Shown here one piece after another: positions 24,237 through 36,616 of a stretch of 64,000 nucleotides of DNA (its first letter is position 1; every line of letters begins with the position of its first letter). The notes beneath the pieces were generated by a model. That model was given only the letters and a program-made list of their open reading frames with translations. It was not told the origin of the DNA and did no database searches. The position numbers and the translations under genes are program-made. The stretch comes from Phoronis australis (Eukaryota; Animalia; Phoronida): assembly GCA_002633005.1 (NCBI GenBank), contig NMRA01000294.1, positions 1-64,000 of the forward strand. The letters run 5' to 3'.

Positions 24237-26641
24237 GATGGAATGACATATTTCAAGATCTCACTGCAGCCCGATCCATTACGGTGCCGCGCCAGTATTT
24301 CAATGAACCTACCAAAAATCCTATTGAGCTCCATGTGTTTTGCGATGCCAGTTCGCTTGCTTATGGTGCTGCGGTCTACTTAAAACATGGAAACGAGATT
24401 ACCCTGGTGATGGCAAAAACAAGAGTAAAGCCGACAAAGGACATCACACTACCCCGATTGGAACTAATGGCTACACTGATTGGAACTCGACTGTCAAACT
24501 TCGTCATGAAATCACTAAGTTCTAGCCATCTCCAAGTGAACAAGAGAGTACTTTGGACAGATAGCCAAATCACTCTACACTGGATTCTTTGTGATAAAAA
24601 ACTACCCGTATTTGTCGCAAACAGAGTACGCGAAATACAGTCTGCAAGGTTCGACGACGTCACATATTGTCCTTCAGCAGATAATCCTGCAGATTTGCTG
24701 ACATGAGGCATTTCCACTGAAAACCTGAAGTCATCGCAACTATGGTGGTCGGGTCCAGTATGGTTACCCAAAGGTGACTGGCCTATCAATCCCTCCCCAG
24801 ACAGTATTATGATGTCGTGCAATACTGACCTGTGTGATCTGAGCACATTAACAGATGGATTACTTCCAGATGTCCCACCAACACTCCAGTCAACAGACAC
24901 AACTACAGATGTTACTGCTGTTACACAACAACAACAGAAGCAGACACAACAGACACAAGCAGAAGTATACACTCTTGACCTTAAAGCAATCATTGATGTC
25001 AACAGATTTTCTACCCTGGACAGACTACTACATGTGACTGCCTATGTGATGAAGTTTGTGCACAGATTACGCAAGCAAGAAACAAGTTCAAAATTGACCG
25101 TAGAAGACCTGAACCAAGCCAAGTTATTGTGGATTAACCACGTTCAACGACAGCATTATTACCGTGAATTAGAAGTTCTCCGAGGCTCAAAATCGAAGTC
25201 TCCATTGGTGTGACAATTGAAATTATTCCTTGATGACAATACCGTCATTCGTTGTCGGGGAAGGCTTGAGCATGCATACAGCACATATGATGCTAAATTT
25301 CCTATATTGCTTCCACCGAATGACAGATTTTCACTCCTTATCATTAAACATGCACATGGATTACTCAAACATGATGGAACTTTATCAACGATTACTCATT
25401 TGCGACAACAGTTCTGGATACCAAGAATCCGACAAATTGTCAAGTCGGTGCTACGGAAATGTGTCCTATGCCTCAAAGTTCATGGACAACCCTATGCGAG
25501 ACCCCTGGATCCTGCCCTACCTAAATACAGGCTTGAAGAAGCACCACCATTCACTATTGTTGGAGTGGATTTTACAGGTACGCTTTACTATCGAAATGCA
25601 ACTTCGAACCAAAATAAGTGTTACGTATTGTTGATAACGTGTGCTGTCACCAGAGGATGTCACCTGGAACTAGTCACAGACATGAGTTCAGAAGCATTTA
25701 TCCGAGCCTTTCGCAGATTTTGTAGCAGAAAAAGTCTACCCAGCCATGTCATCTCTGACAATGCGTCGACATTCGTATCTTCAGCGGAAAACATCAGAAA
25801 TCTAATCGAAAGTGTCCCTGCTGAGAATCATCTTCGTCAAAAACGCGTCAAATGGTCTTTTATTCCTAAAAGAGTGCCTTGGTTTGGTGGATTCTATGAA
25901 AGACTCATTGGCATTACCAAAACATCACTGAAGAAGGTGTTAGGGAAATCCTGCGTCACATACGATGAACTCGTCACATTGTTAACGGAAATCAAAGCTG
26001 TTATCAACAACAGACCCCTAACCTACATCTCAAGTGACAAGGATGATCCAGTACCACTCACTCCATCACACCTGATCCATGGACGTATAACGTCAACTTT
26101 ACCTTGACAGTTTGTAGAGATTGATGAAATTACAGATCCTGATTTTACGCTTCAACGCGAGGCCATGACTAGCCGCGTTAGATATTTGGATAGACTCTTT
26201 ACGGACTTTTGGAAGCGTTGGAAAGGAGAGTATTTACCAATTTTACGTGAGAGACATTCTCAGACCACAACGCATGGACGCACTCAGTGTAATACTATAA
26301 ACAAAGGAGACATTGTATTAATTCACATGGACATCGAAAAACGTGTCAATTGGCCTATGGGTATTGTTACCGAAGTAAACGTGGGCGCAGATGGATTTGT
26401 GCGATCTGCAACGATCAAAACCCAGGGTGGATACACAAATTGCCCCATTGCCAAATTATATCCATTGGAGGTAAACTATAAGAGTGGATCAGATACAAGT
26501 GAACAGACTGCCACTGAACGAGAATCAAACCAGGAGACTGTTCTTGATAGACCAAGACGTCAAGCCGCGCAATTAGCAATGGAAAAAATTCGGAAACAGC
26601 TTGCTCACCAAGAACAAGATGAACAATTAGTATTAGTGTAA
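24237..26641 (+). pseudogene. 3' half of BEL/Pao element C pol (RNaseH + integrase), with in-frame stops
   Basis: HVFCDASSLAYG, TLPRLEL, NPADLLT, GVDFTG, SDNA, GFYERL, KLYPLE. Confidence 0.93.
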
Positions 26642-26781
26642 ACATATCAACTACTGTAATTCAAGCGTAACCTGATTATGATGATTAGTTGCATGCTTTT
26701 TATTTTAATTTGATGTGTGGTTTTTGGTGCGATTCAGTTGATTTTAAAATTCGAATATTTTAACGTTTTTGGCCGGCGGAG

Positions 26782-27186
26782 TGTCTTGAATTCTCATGAT
26801 GATCAAGTGAAAGTGAGTCATATCCTGTTTTTTCATTGAACTCTGGCAAAAGGAAGAGTTGTTACATAATAGTTCCTGTGAGTAGTGACCTCAGCATATC
26901 AATGTTATTGTTTCAGTGCATCTGGTTGTCTGGTAAACAAGTCATTTTCCATATATGGCATGCCAGGACGAGATTGTGGAATTCCATTCATAAAAGTTTA
27001 CTATTTGTGTTGACGTCACAGGAACCCACTCAAATACACCCAAAACCCACACATATTTTGAGTTGCTATATATACTGTACTTAGAGCCAATAAACTTTGT
27101 GTGTTCTTATAGCCTTCAATCGATGTAGTCAGTTTTTATCTCCATCTAACAAGCAACGAACCGGTTAGACTCCACAGCAGTCTACA
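26782..27186 (+). mobile_element. 3' LTR of BEL element C
   Basis: PPT-like ggccggcggag then TGTCTTG; TATA near 27068, AATAAA at 27089; right end approximate. Confidence 0.65.
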
Positions 27187-28027
27187 ACCTCATCAAATAC
27201 CCCACACAAACCGCATTCACAAGGCCTTATGTAGAATACTAAAAATGCCTCCGAGCCTGGCCTACCACTAAATTTGAATATTTCAATTTATGGCTAAGGG
27301 GCCCAAATAATACTTGTGCCAGAGAATTTTGACCAAGCACCTTGACCTATATTTTCATTTTGCTGCTGACATTAACCACAAGTCACGATACTTAATGAAT
27401 CAGAAAGTGTATGGCCTGATGAGTGGCGAATTTGTGTGGAAAAGAAATCTTTGCGGCCGATGTTGAATAAACTCCTTGTTTAAAACTACTTTTGTAATAA
27501 CATTGGAATTAAGATGAAAGTGTTCAGATAGCCTATACTCAGTGTTGTGGTTGCTTGCCCTAAATGCTGGGGTAAAACATAGATTCAATGAATGTGACCA
27601 TGGTGACCAGGCGACATATAAGTCGGTCAAATAAACCGATTTTTGCTCTTCAATCGTCTAGATTTTAGCGAACTTAAATAATGGTCAGTGCTTCAGTTAC
27701 AACATTCACCCAAAAAAGTCCATATAATAGATCATTTCACCATGCCAAAATTAATCCTTTATGTCACGTAGAAAATATATATCTGAAACTAAATAAGGCG
27801 ATCCAAATCCTCCCAAGGATAATATTGTTTCAAGAAATGAAGAATATAAATCGGTAAATAAAACAACAAGAATGGATCAACTGAAATTTGAAATTTTCAG
27901 ATGTAACAACTTCCTTTATCAACAAAAACAGAAATAAAGTAAAATCAAACACAAAATGACAATTGACATATAAGATATGGTGTTATGAAAATGATACATT
28001 TTTGCGTAAAAAAATTAATGACATATT

Positions 28028-30330
28028 CTAAGAAGTTTTTATGTTCAATCCATGAGGTTCTATTGTATTCAGTTTATTGTCTATCCAATATTGTTCTCTT
28101 TTAAGTCTGTGAGGGGTACTGGGGTGTTGGAGTTTTTCTATTATTTGTACAGAAAGATCTTGAATATTATGGTTTTTGGAATTGAAATGATTACCTATAG
28201 TAACAGAAATGTTTTTATGTATTATGTTCAATCTATGATTACGAAACCGAGTTTGTAGATTATGTTGAGTTTGTCCTACGTATTGGATAGAACATTTTTT
28301 ACAAGTTATAAGGTAAATAATATTGTTGGTGGTGCAATCAGAATAATGTTTTATTTCAAAGTTTTCATTGGTTTGGGAAGACTGGAAAAAAGTGCTATCG
28401 TTGATGAAGTTACACATTTTACACCTAGTTTTGTTACATTGTGTGTTGCCAATAGGTTTGTCAGTTTGGTGTATATTGTCGATATTAGCTTTAACTAAAT
28501 AATTTTTTAGATTTTTACATTTTCTCCAAGAAATTATAGGGGGATGAGGAAATAGGTTTTTCATTTGAGGGGAAATATGCAGTGTAGAAAGATGTTTTTT
28601 GAAGACGTGGCTAATTCCGTTTAAACATGGATTGAACATAGTTATGAAAGGTATTCCATTAGTAGTATTGCCTTTAGTTTTAGTTCTTAAAGATTCATTT
28701 CGAGTAATTGAGAGGACTTTGTCAAACTGTTTGTGTATAAGATGTAAAGGGAAATGACGTTGAATTAGATAGTACTTGAGTTCTTTTAAACGGTTATTAA
28801 AGGAAGTTTCTTCTGAACAAATGTGTCGAATTCTTAGGGCAAGGCTATATGGAAGGCTTTTCTTGCAATGAAAGGGATGACACGAGTGATATGACAGATA
28901 CTGGTGTTTGTCAGTTTCTTTACAGAATAAGTCAGTTTCTAGTTTATCATTATTAAGAGTTATAGTTACATCTAAAAATGAGACTTTATTTTGAGAAATG
29001 TCATGAGTGAACTTTATAGTAGTGTGAAATTTGTTAATATTTTCTAAAAATACATCTAATTTTTGTGGACCATGGGTCCATATCATAAAAATGTCATTAA
29101 TGTATCTTAGCCAGAGAAGGGGTTTTTCAGAGAGGTTAGCAAACGTAGGAGCAACCCTAGTTCCCATGGCTGTGCCTAATATTTGGAGATAGTGATTATT
29201 ATTAAAGGTAAAATGATTCATGGTAAGTACATGTTCAAGAAGAGAGCGAATAAAAGATGTAGACACATTAGGATTATTACGTTGACTAAGAAACTTGGTA
29301 CAGGCTTCTATGCCTTCATGTTGAGGAATATTAGTGTATAAGCTTTTAACATCAAGAGTTACGAGAAGGGCATTTTTAGGTAAATCACTGATGTTTTTAA
29401 TTATGTTAAGAAAATGATTCGTATCTTTAACATATGAAGGTAGGGTGGGGACAAATTGCTGAAGATGGTAGTCGGCAAACTGAGAATTTTTTTCCGTAGG
29501 GCAGTTGTTGCTGGCTATAATTGGGCGCCCAGGATTACCTTCTTTGTGGATTTTTGGAAGGAGATAAAAGCGACTAGGTTGAGCATCATTAGGAATGAGG
29601 TAGTTTTTGGTGTCTTTGTCAATGTGACCTAAATGGAAAGCATTCAAAATAGTTTTAGTTATAAGGCTGATATGTTTTGTGTTGGGGTTATTATCTAAAA
29701 GTTTGTAGTATGCTGTGTCATTAAGTTGTCGGAGAGCCTCGTCAATATATTTCTGCTTGTCCATTATAACAACTGCTGATCCTTTATCAGCTGGTTTAAT
29801 TATGATTTCTTTGTTTTTAGCGAGATTTGTGAGGGCATCTTTTTCGGACTTAGTAATATTATATTTGTAGTTTTGCTTTTTGTAATTCATAACGTCATTA
29901 GTAATCGCTTCAATGTAACTTTCGCGGGCATGGTTTTGACTTTTAGGTGGATTCCAATTGCTTTTTTTCTTGAAAGGATTAATTTCTGAAGGGGATTTCT
30001 GGTTTTCATCTTTGGAAGAATTTGCAAAATATGCTGCCAATCTAAGACGTCTAGCGAAAGTGTAAATATCAATTAGTAATTCATCTTTGTCAATAGTGGT
30101 TTTGGTGGGACAGAAGTTTAGTCCTTTAGAAAGTAGGCTAACCTCACTATCAGTTAAGTTATGGATATATAAATTAACTACGTTGTTTGTTTCACAGGTT
30201 ATAGTTTTCCTAGAGATTTGTCTACGGAACCTTCTGTTACGTTTGACTTTTTTATGGTGTTGTTGGTATTGTCTGCAGGACCGTAGATGACGGTGGTAGG
30301 AATAGGTCGAGACGAAGTCGTTGTAGATGT
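28028..30330 (-). CDS. PLE RT-GIY-YIG ORF, probably inactive (YIDD changed to YIND, 36-bp deletion)
   Basis: The frame extends upstream of the called ORF through VVNL...LLSKGLNFCP; IKPADKG, LPKIHK, GRPII, DVKSLYTNIP, GTAMG; CNKTRCKMC linker; NIIYLITCKKCSIQYVGQT. Confidence 0.9.
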
Positions 30331-30395
30331 CTTAGAGTATTGTTCTTTCCTTTGTTCTTGTGGCGCCGTACTTTTTTCGAATTAGTGTGCCCGTT

Positions 30396-30885
30396 CTAGG
30401 GTGCGTTGAATTCTGCAATGTTGTCTTCACTATGGGATTCCTGAAGAGGCTCGAATCTGTTGGTGGTAAGGATTGCTTCCTCTGATGTAAATGACGTATA
30501 TTTTGTTGTAGATTTGTTTTTGCCGTTTGAATTTCCAGTTACTTTAATCCAGTTGTCTTTTTTGAGGTTAACTTTATCTTGAACACCTGCTGTGATAGGT
30601 TTTTCTTTTGGAGGAGTTGTTGAGCAGGTATCTTCTAATGTTTGAATGAGATAGTTATCTGGAGTGTGTTTGCTGTCCAACAGGTTGAAATGGTGGTTGC
30701 GGTGTAGAAGTAATATTGGTTTGCTGTTGATATTCTCTGAGGTGTATTTAATCCAACTTATGTTGTTTCCAATAGTGGTGTTGACGTAGATGTCTTTATG
30801 AAAAAGAGTACAAGTTGCGAATATTTCAGCTTGAGTGGCCCACGATTTGATGTTGCCGTTTGTTTTCGCCATGTTTCGTAGATGT
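30396..30885 (-). CDS. Upstream ORF of the PLE with the C-terminal half of an OTU-like cysteine protease (5'-truncated)
   Basis: MAKTNGNIKSWATQAEIFATCTLFHKDIYV...W...ILLLHRNHHFN resembles the OTU W(G/A)TxxEIxA...IxV...LxHxxxH(Y/F)(D/N) pattern; NRFEPL motif near the C-terminus. Confidence 0.6.
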
Positions 30886-32421
30886 AGCTTTTACACTAAT
30901 ATTCCTCAACATGAAGGCATAGAAGCCTGTACCAAGTTTCTTAGTCAACGTAATAATCCTAATGTACCTACATCTTTTATTCGCTCTCTTCTTGAACATG
31001 TACTTACCATGAATCATTTTACCTTTAATAATAATCACTATCTCAAATATTAGGCACAGCCATGGGAACTAGGGTTGCTCCTACTTTTGCTAACCTCTTC
31101 ATGGGAAATCTTGAAAACAGCTTCATCAAATCCTGCTCTGAAAAACCCCTTCTCTGGCTAAGATACATTGATGACATTTTTATGATATGGACCCATGGTC
31201 CACAAAAATTAGATGTATTTTTAGAAAATATTAACAAATTTCACCCTACTATAAAGTTCACTCATGACATTTCTCAAAATAAAGTCTCATTTTTAGATGT
31301 AACTGTCACTCTTAATAATGATAAACTAGAAACTGACTTATTCTGTAAAGAAACTGACAAACACCAGTATCTGTCATATCACTCGTGTCATCCCTTTCAT
31401 TGCAAGAAAAGCCTTCCATATAGCCTTGCCCTAAGAATTCGACGCATTTGTTCAGAAGAAACTTCCTTTAATAACCGTTTAAAAGAACTCAAGTACTATC
31501 TAATTCAACGTCATTTCCCCTTACATCTTATACACAAACAGTTTGACAAAGTCCGCTCAATTACTCGAAATGAATCTTTAAGAACTAAAACTAAAGGCAA
31601 TACTACTAATAGAATACCTTTCATAACTATGTTCAATCCATGTTTAAACGGAATTAGCCACGTCTTTAAAAAACATCTTTCTACACTGCATATTTCCCCT
31701 CAAATGAAAAACCTATTTCCTCATCCCCCTATAATTTCTTGGAGAAAATGTAAAAATCTAAAAAATTATTTAGTTAAAGCTAATATCGACAATATACACC
31801 AAACTGACAAACCTATTGGCAACACACAATGTAACAAAACTAGGTGTAAAATGTGTAACTTCATCAACGATAGCACTTTTTTCCAGTCTTCCCAAACCAA
31901 TGAAAACTTTGAAATAAAACATTATTCTGATTGCACCACCAACAATATTATTTACCTTATAACTTGTAAAAAATGTTCTATCCAATACGTAGGACAAACT
32001 CAACATAATCTACAAACTCGGTTTCGTAATCATAGATTTAACATAATACATAAAAACATTTCTGATACTATAGGTAATCATTTCAATTCCAAAAACCATA
32101 ATATTCAAGATCTTTCTGTACAAATAATAGAAAAACTCCAACACCCAAGTACCCCTCACAGACTTAAAAGAGAACAATATTGGATAGACAAACTGAATAC
32201 AATAGAACCTCATGGATTGAACATAAAAACGTCTTAAAATATGTCATTGAATTTTTTACGCAAAAATGTATCATTTTCATTACACCATATCTTATATGTC
32301 AATTGTCATTTTGTGTTTGATTTTACTTTATTTCTGTTTTTGTTGATAAAGGAAGTTGTTACATCCGAAAACTTCAAATTTCAGTTGATCCATTCTTGTT
32401 GTTTTATTTACCGATTTATAT
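30886..32421 (+). mobile_element. Inverted 5'-truncated second copy of the same PLE (RT C-half, GIY-YIG, 3' tail)
   Basis: Near-perfect reverse complement of 27844-29345; intact YIDD; ORF 31062-32237. Confidence 0.97.
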
Positions 32422-33518
32422 CCTTTATATCAAAAATGCATGAAGAGCTTTGATAATTCACTTTTAGCTGTTACATAATTCCTCGTAGTGTTGACCCATT
32501 CTGTCGGGTATTTTTCTGTGAGAAGTTTGTGCCACTACTAAACCTAACTGTGTGAGGTGAAATTCATCTTACAATTTGTAGCCTACAATGTTGCAATCTT
32601 TTGGGAAGCATGTGCCTTATGACTAAATTAGTACACCTCATTTTTTAACACAAAAACATATCTGCAAAAATGTGTTGATGAATCTACACTGTACAATGTT
32701 TTGCACCAGATGATACTTTCTTAACCACTCACAAAAAGTTTTGAATAATAATTCATTGCAAGTGTCTGTGAACACGTACCACCATACTGCATGCGAAAAG
32801 ATTCGAGGCTCTAGGCTCGACTGTGGCTCAAGTATTATCGTCAGCTTAACACCACGCTACGAAGTTGAAGTCAGTGCAGTCACCATGTCTGCAACACGCT
32901 ATAGACCTAATTCACGCCGACAGGAGGAGCGTTCCAAAACGAGGCCTGCTACGATAGTTCTGTTGGCTTATCGGCATACTGGATGTATTTCGCGTTGCTT
33001 GAATCCCTAAGGAAGTTGAGATTCGAAGCGCACGTTTGGTCCTGGCCATACGCCGCGCCGAAAGAAAATATGGCTGTGTAAAATTTATAAATGTTTTCGA
33101 AAAGTTAGAACATATTTTGTCGCATTTCAGTTGCCGAGCATCATAGCAACGACCGGAGAATCTTCGGCTAGCCATGCTGTGTTCATGACTACAGGTTGAA
33201 ACATAATGCACTTTTCTTCCCAAGAAAGGACAGGGCCCTCAATTCCTCAATTTTGGGACCGGATATTGGCCCTAGGCCTCTCAAAAATATTGAAAAGTCC
33301 CCCGAAATTCCCTCCACGAGGCCTAAAAACCTCCCCTAGTGATTGAAAACTTCTCCCCGAAGTTCAAATCACCAGTAACCACACAGGTGACAAATTTAAA
33401 AGAGGACAAAATGTTACTTGAGACAGAGCCTGTGAGAGCATGCAACAGGACGGGGGTGCTGATCGGAGGTAATTTTTGCACCGAGACCCCGGAAGAAACG
33501 TGATAACTTTTCTTACTC

Positions 33519-34400
33519 TGTCCAGTTAACTGAAATTGAGCTCTAAAACGAGGTTATACTTTGGACGAATGAATTAGGTGTTTTAATTTTAAAATTCACT
33601 GGTCCGGATAGTTGAAACTGATCATATGAAATAGACATCAGAATTATTAAAACCAAGATAGCAGAATTGATCGGTCAAATAATTACTTGTAAAAGTGAGC
33701 AAGGGAGTGAATGAGAACCTGCATATAATGTGAAAGCGATTGCTCGGGCTGTGCTCATTTTTAATTTTTTTAATTTAAAAACGGTCAAATAAATTTTATT
33801 TAAAAACCTGTTTTTTATTTTAACAAAAATATATTTAATAACATCAGTTATTCTTTAAGATGAATGACAAATCAACTGTTAGTTCCGGTAGTCTACCTCA
33901 CCAGGACCTAGGCTATGCTTGATGTTAATATTCTTGATCAACAAATTAAACCAGATGTGACTAATTGCACATGAAAGCAAAATGCTATAAGCCACCACTG
34001 TCGAATATATCTTCAACTCGTCAACAATACAAGCAGATGAATTGTAGAAAGCATTTTTATCAACAATTTACAAGAAGAAACGTAACCCTGTATTCAGCAT
34101 AATACCTAATCTCTAACATCACGATCGCCGTAGTTTGGTCATATCTACTTTTCATGTTTCGAACCTAGTTTTCCGAAAAAAAATATACCCTTTCGTCAGA
34201 CAATTATTTGATACATTGACTTGTACTCTAATGTATTTTTCTACGTCTCTGAGATTAATTATCGAGACATTTTTAAGATTTAATATCCAGGTTGGACTCG
34301 AAAGACCGGCCATTTAACTCACACAAGGTCAACTTCAGCTTGGATTATCGCAGTGAGCCTCGCTTTGGATTTTAATGTTCGCTGCATGAATTAGTTCTAT
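33519..34400 (-). repeat. ~800-bp interspersed repeat, copy 2
   Basis: Diverged reverse complement of 10393-11199. Confidence 0.8.
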
Positions 34401-34439
34401 ATAGTTTCTGTTTCTGTTTCTATTGTGACGTCAGAGAGT

Positions 34440-34770
34440 AGGCACCGGGATAGTCTCTGGCCTTCCACTCTATGCTGTTGATGTTCTCCACTGGACATAC
34501 CTCTTCGACAAGCTCCGTAGCTTCGATAACCCCTCATTGAACAGTTTTCTGCCTCTGTGCAGTGTGCTCATCACTATGCTCTCTCAAGTCCAGGTACAGA
34601 GGATGAGAGTTGGTTGTAGCTGCCTTTAGAAATGCTTGGGCTGCTAGTGTCTTCTGTTTAGTACGGATGCTATTGATACCTAACCAGTATTGTAGACTGT
34701 CTACAGGAGTGAGTCTAGCTGCACTGGTTACTATCCTCATAGCCTGGTTTTGAATCCCACAAACCACAGA
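34440..34770 (-). mobile_element. Non-LTR retrotransposon ORF2 3' fragment
   Basis: IQNQAMRIVTSAARLTP matches the post-RT QNxAxRxITGAxxxTP motif. Confidence 0.55.
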
Positions 34771-35541
34771 AGTCGTTGCTTATAGGTTAGGCCTGTGACA
34801 CACATACCAATAGAAGAGGCCTCGCGATTCGCCAATTATCAGGCTATTTCGAGAATGAAACAAAGCAAGTTTTCCGAGTTTGTAGCTCAACTTTTTGGCT
34901 AAAATAATGATTTTACAATATATTTTTTAATTTTTAACTTTAAAATCTTCTTCCTTGTTCGTTTCAACTACAAATCGGCGTATTTATTGAGGAACAAGCG
35001 AAATAATAATCTCTTTTGAATTTGCGTATTTTTGCCTGGTCGTGCGTACTTGCGCACTGGGGGCTTGATTTATGTACGAATCAGCATTTTTTGCATATGG
35101 TAAACAGGTCTGTGACTTTGCCACCACACCAGCTTTTAAAGCAGCTGCTAAACCGGTCCCACTTTTCCGCCCCAGCGAGATTTTGGCAACTCATCAACCA
35201 TAATATAATTGTAATTAGGTTGAAATATAATTACTTTATTTTTTACATTATGCTTGAATTATACATGGTGATGTACATGTTAAGTTTTGTTCTCTCGAGA
35301 TATTTTTGTTTTTCAGTGTCTGGTTAGCCAACAACCGTGAGTCCAGCAGACTCCACGGCAGCTGATGGTTCACCAAGAAGAAACGGCTGTAATATTTTAT
35401 GTACTATCAATACTAAGGCAAAAGAGAGCGGTTTCAATATATAGTTATATATACGTTTAATGATCTGAACTGGTAGCAAATTGCTAGCATGCACTATAAA
35501 CATGTTGGTGGCCATGATTAATAACAGCTGACAGTATAAAC

Positions 35542-36616
35542 AACAAGAGCAACGCAGAGCGTTGAAATGCGCCCACAATTGCACCGCATACGGTATCCTT
35601 CTAGGGTTGTTTATTGGTACCATAAAGTGGCCAGTAGATGGCATATATGTAGTATGTTGTACTTTGCAAAATGGAAAGGCATAGTCCTTGTCTCCTCAAT
35701 AGGCTAGGGGCAAAATGTGAGTAATCTTCATAATACAAGCACATCCTATACACCAGTTGCTTAAAGCACCATAGAAAAATAGAATTAAAAACAAATTTAC
35801 CAACATACGAGATTAGCACAGCATTAGAATGCTAGAAACAAATTTCTACTTGGAACTTTTCCTTCATAGTCACGAAGTAACACAAAGTACACACCTGAAG
35901 AAAATACAGAGGTCAATTGCCACTAGAGGCAAATACTAAAATTGCCACTAGAGGAATACCGGTAGTCAGAATCATCCTAAAGTCGTCATCGTCCGTTGTC
36001 AACATCACATAAATACACTTGCTAAATTTAGTAAAGATCCTGCAAACGTTTGGGAGATACAGCCATGGGCGCAAAAAAACAAAACTACCACTAGGAGGCG
36101 GGACAGTATTCCAAATCATCTGAAAATCATTGTCAGCTGTCTTCCTTATAGTAAGCACATACACGCCAATTTTCACAATCATCCTTTGAGCGGTTTGGTT
36201 GATAGAGGGGTGGACGCAAAAATACAGACTCGAAAACAGTAAAAATAGCCACTAGGTGGCGCAAACTATGTCGAATCCATCTGAAAACAGGAGGATAGCG
36301 TCATCTCACTACTAGGTGCCGACATACCAAATTTCATGAAAATCCGTTCAGGACTTTTGAAGATACAAAGGTAAGCGTAAAAAACTAAAATTGCCACTAG
36401 GGGGCACACCAGTAGTCGGATCCGTCCGAATGTTCGCACATGCCGTCCCATTCATGAATGGAACATATGTGCCAAATTTCATGAACGTATGTCAAAGGGT
36501 TTTGGAGATAGAGCAGCGGACGCCGGACGACGGACGGACGCCGCCCGGACCGACAGACGGACGGACAGAGATGACGGCATAATGCGTCCACATATAAATA
36601 TGTGGGCGCATAAAAA
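35542..36616 (+). mobile_element. Helentron-associated non-autonomous element (HINE-like), copy 1
   Basis: Starts AACAAGAG with a caacgc/gcgttg hairpin; ~145-bp internal repeats; (GACG/GACA)n microsatellite; terminal hairpin atgcgtcccacatat/atatgtgggcgcat; A-run. Confidence 0.8.

Larger units (their letters stand above)
27844..30885 (-). mobile_element. Penelope-like element (Neptune-type), 5'-truncated
   Basis: RT plus C-terminal GIY-YIG ORF, a 3' tail and an upstream ORF. Confidence 0.95.

Noticed and set aside
24700-26110. In-frame TGA codons in BEL C pol (24704, 25211, 26105) as programmed readthrough or selenocysteine
   Set aside because: At least the first replaces Arg in the conserved LLTRG motif, consistent with CGA-to-TGA CpG decay; no SECIS recognised
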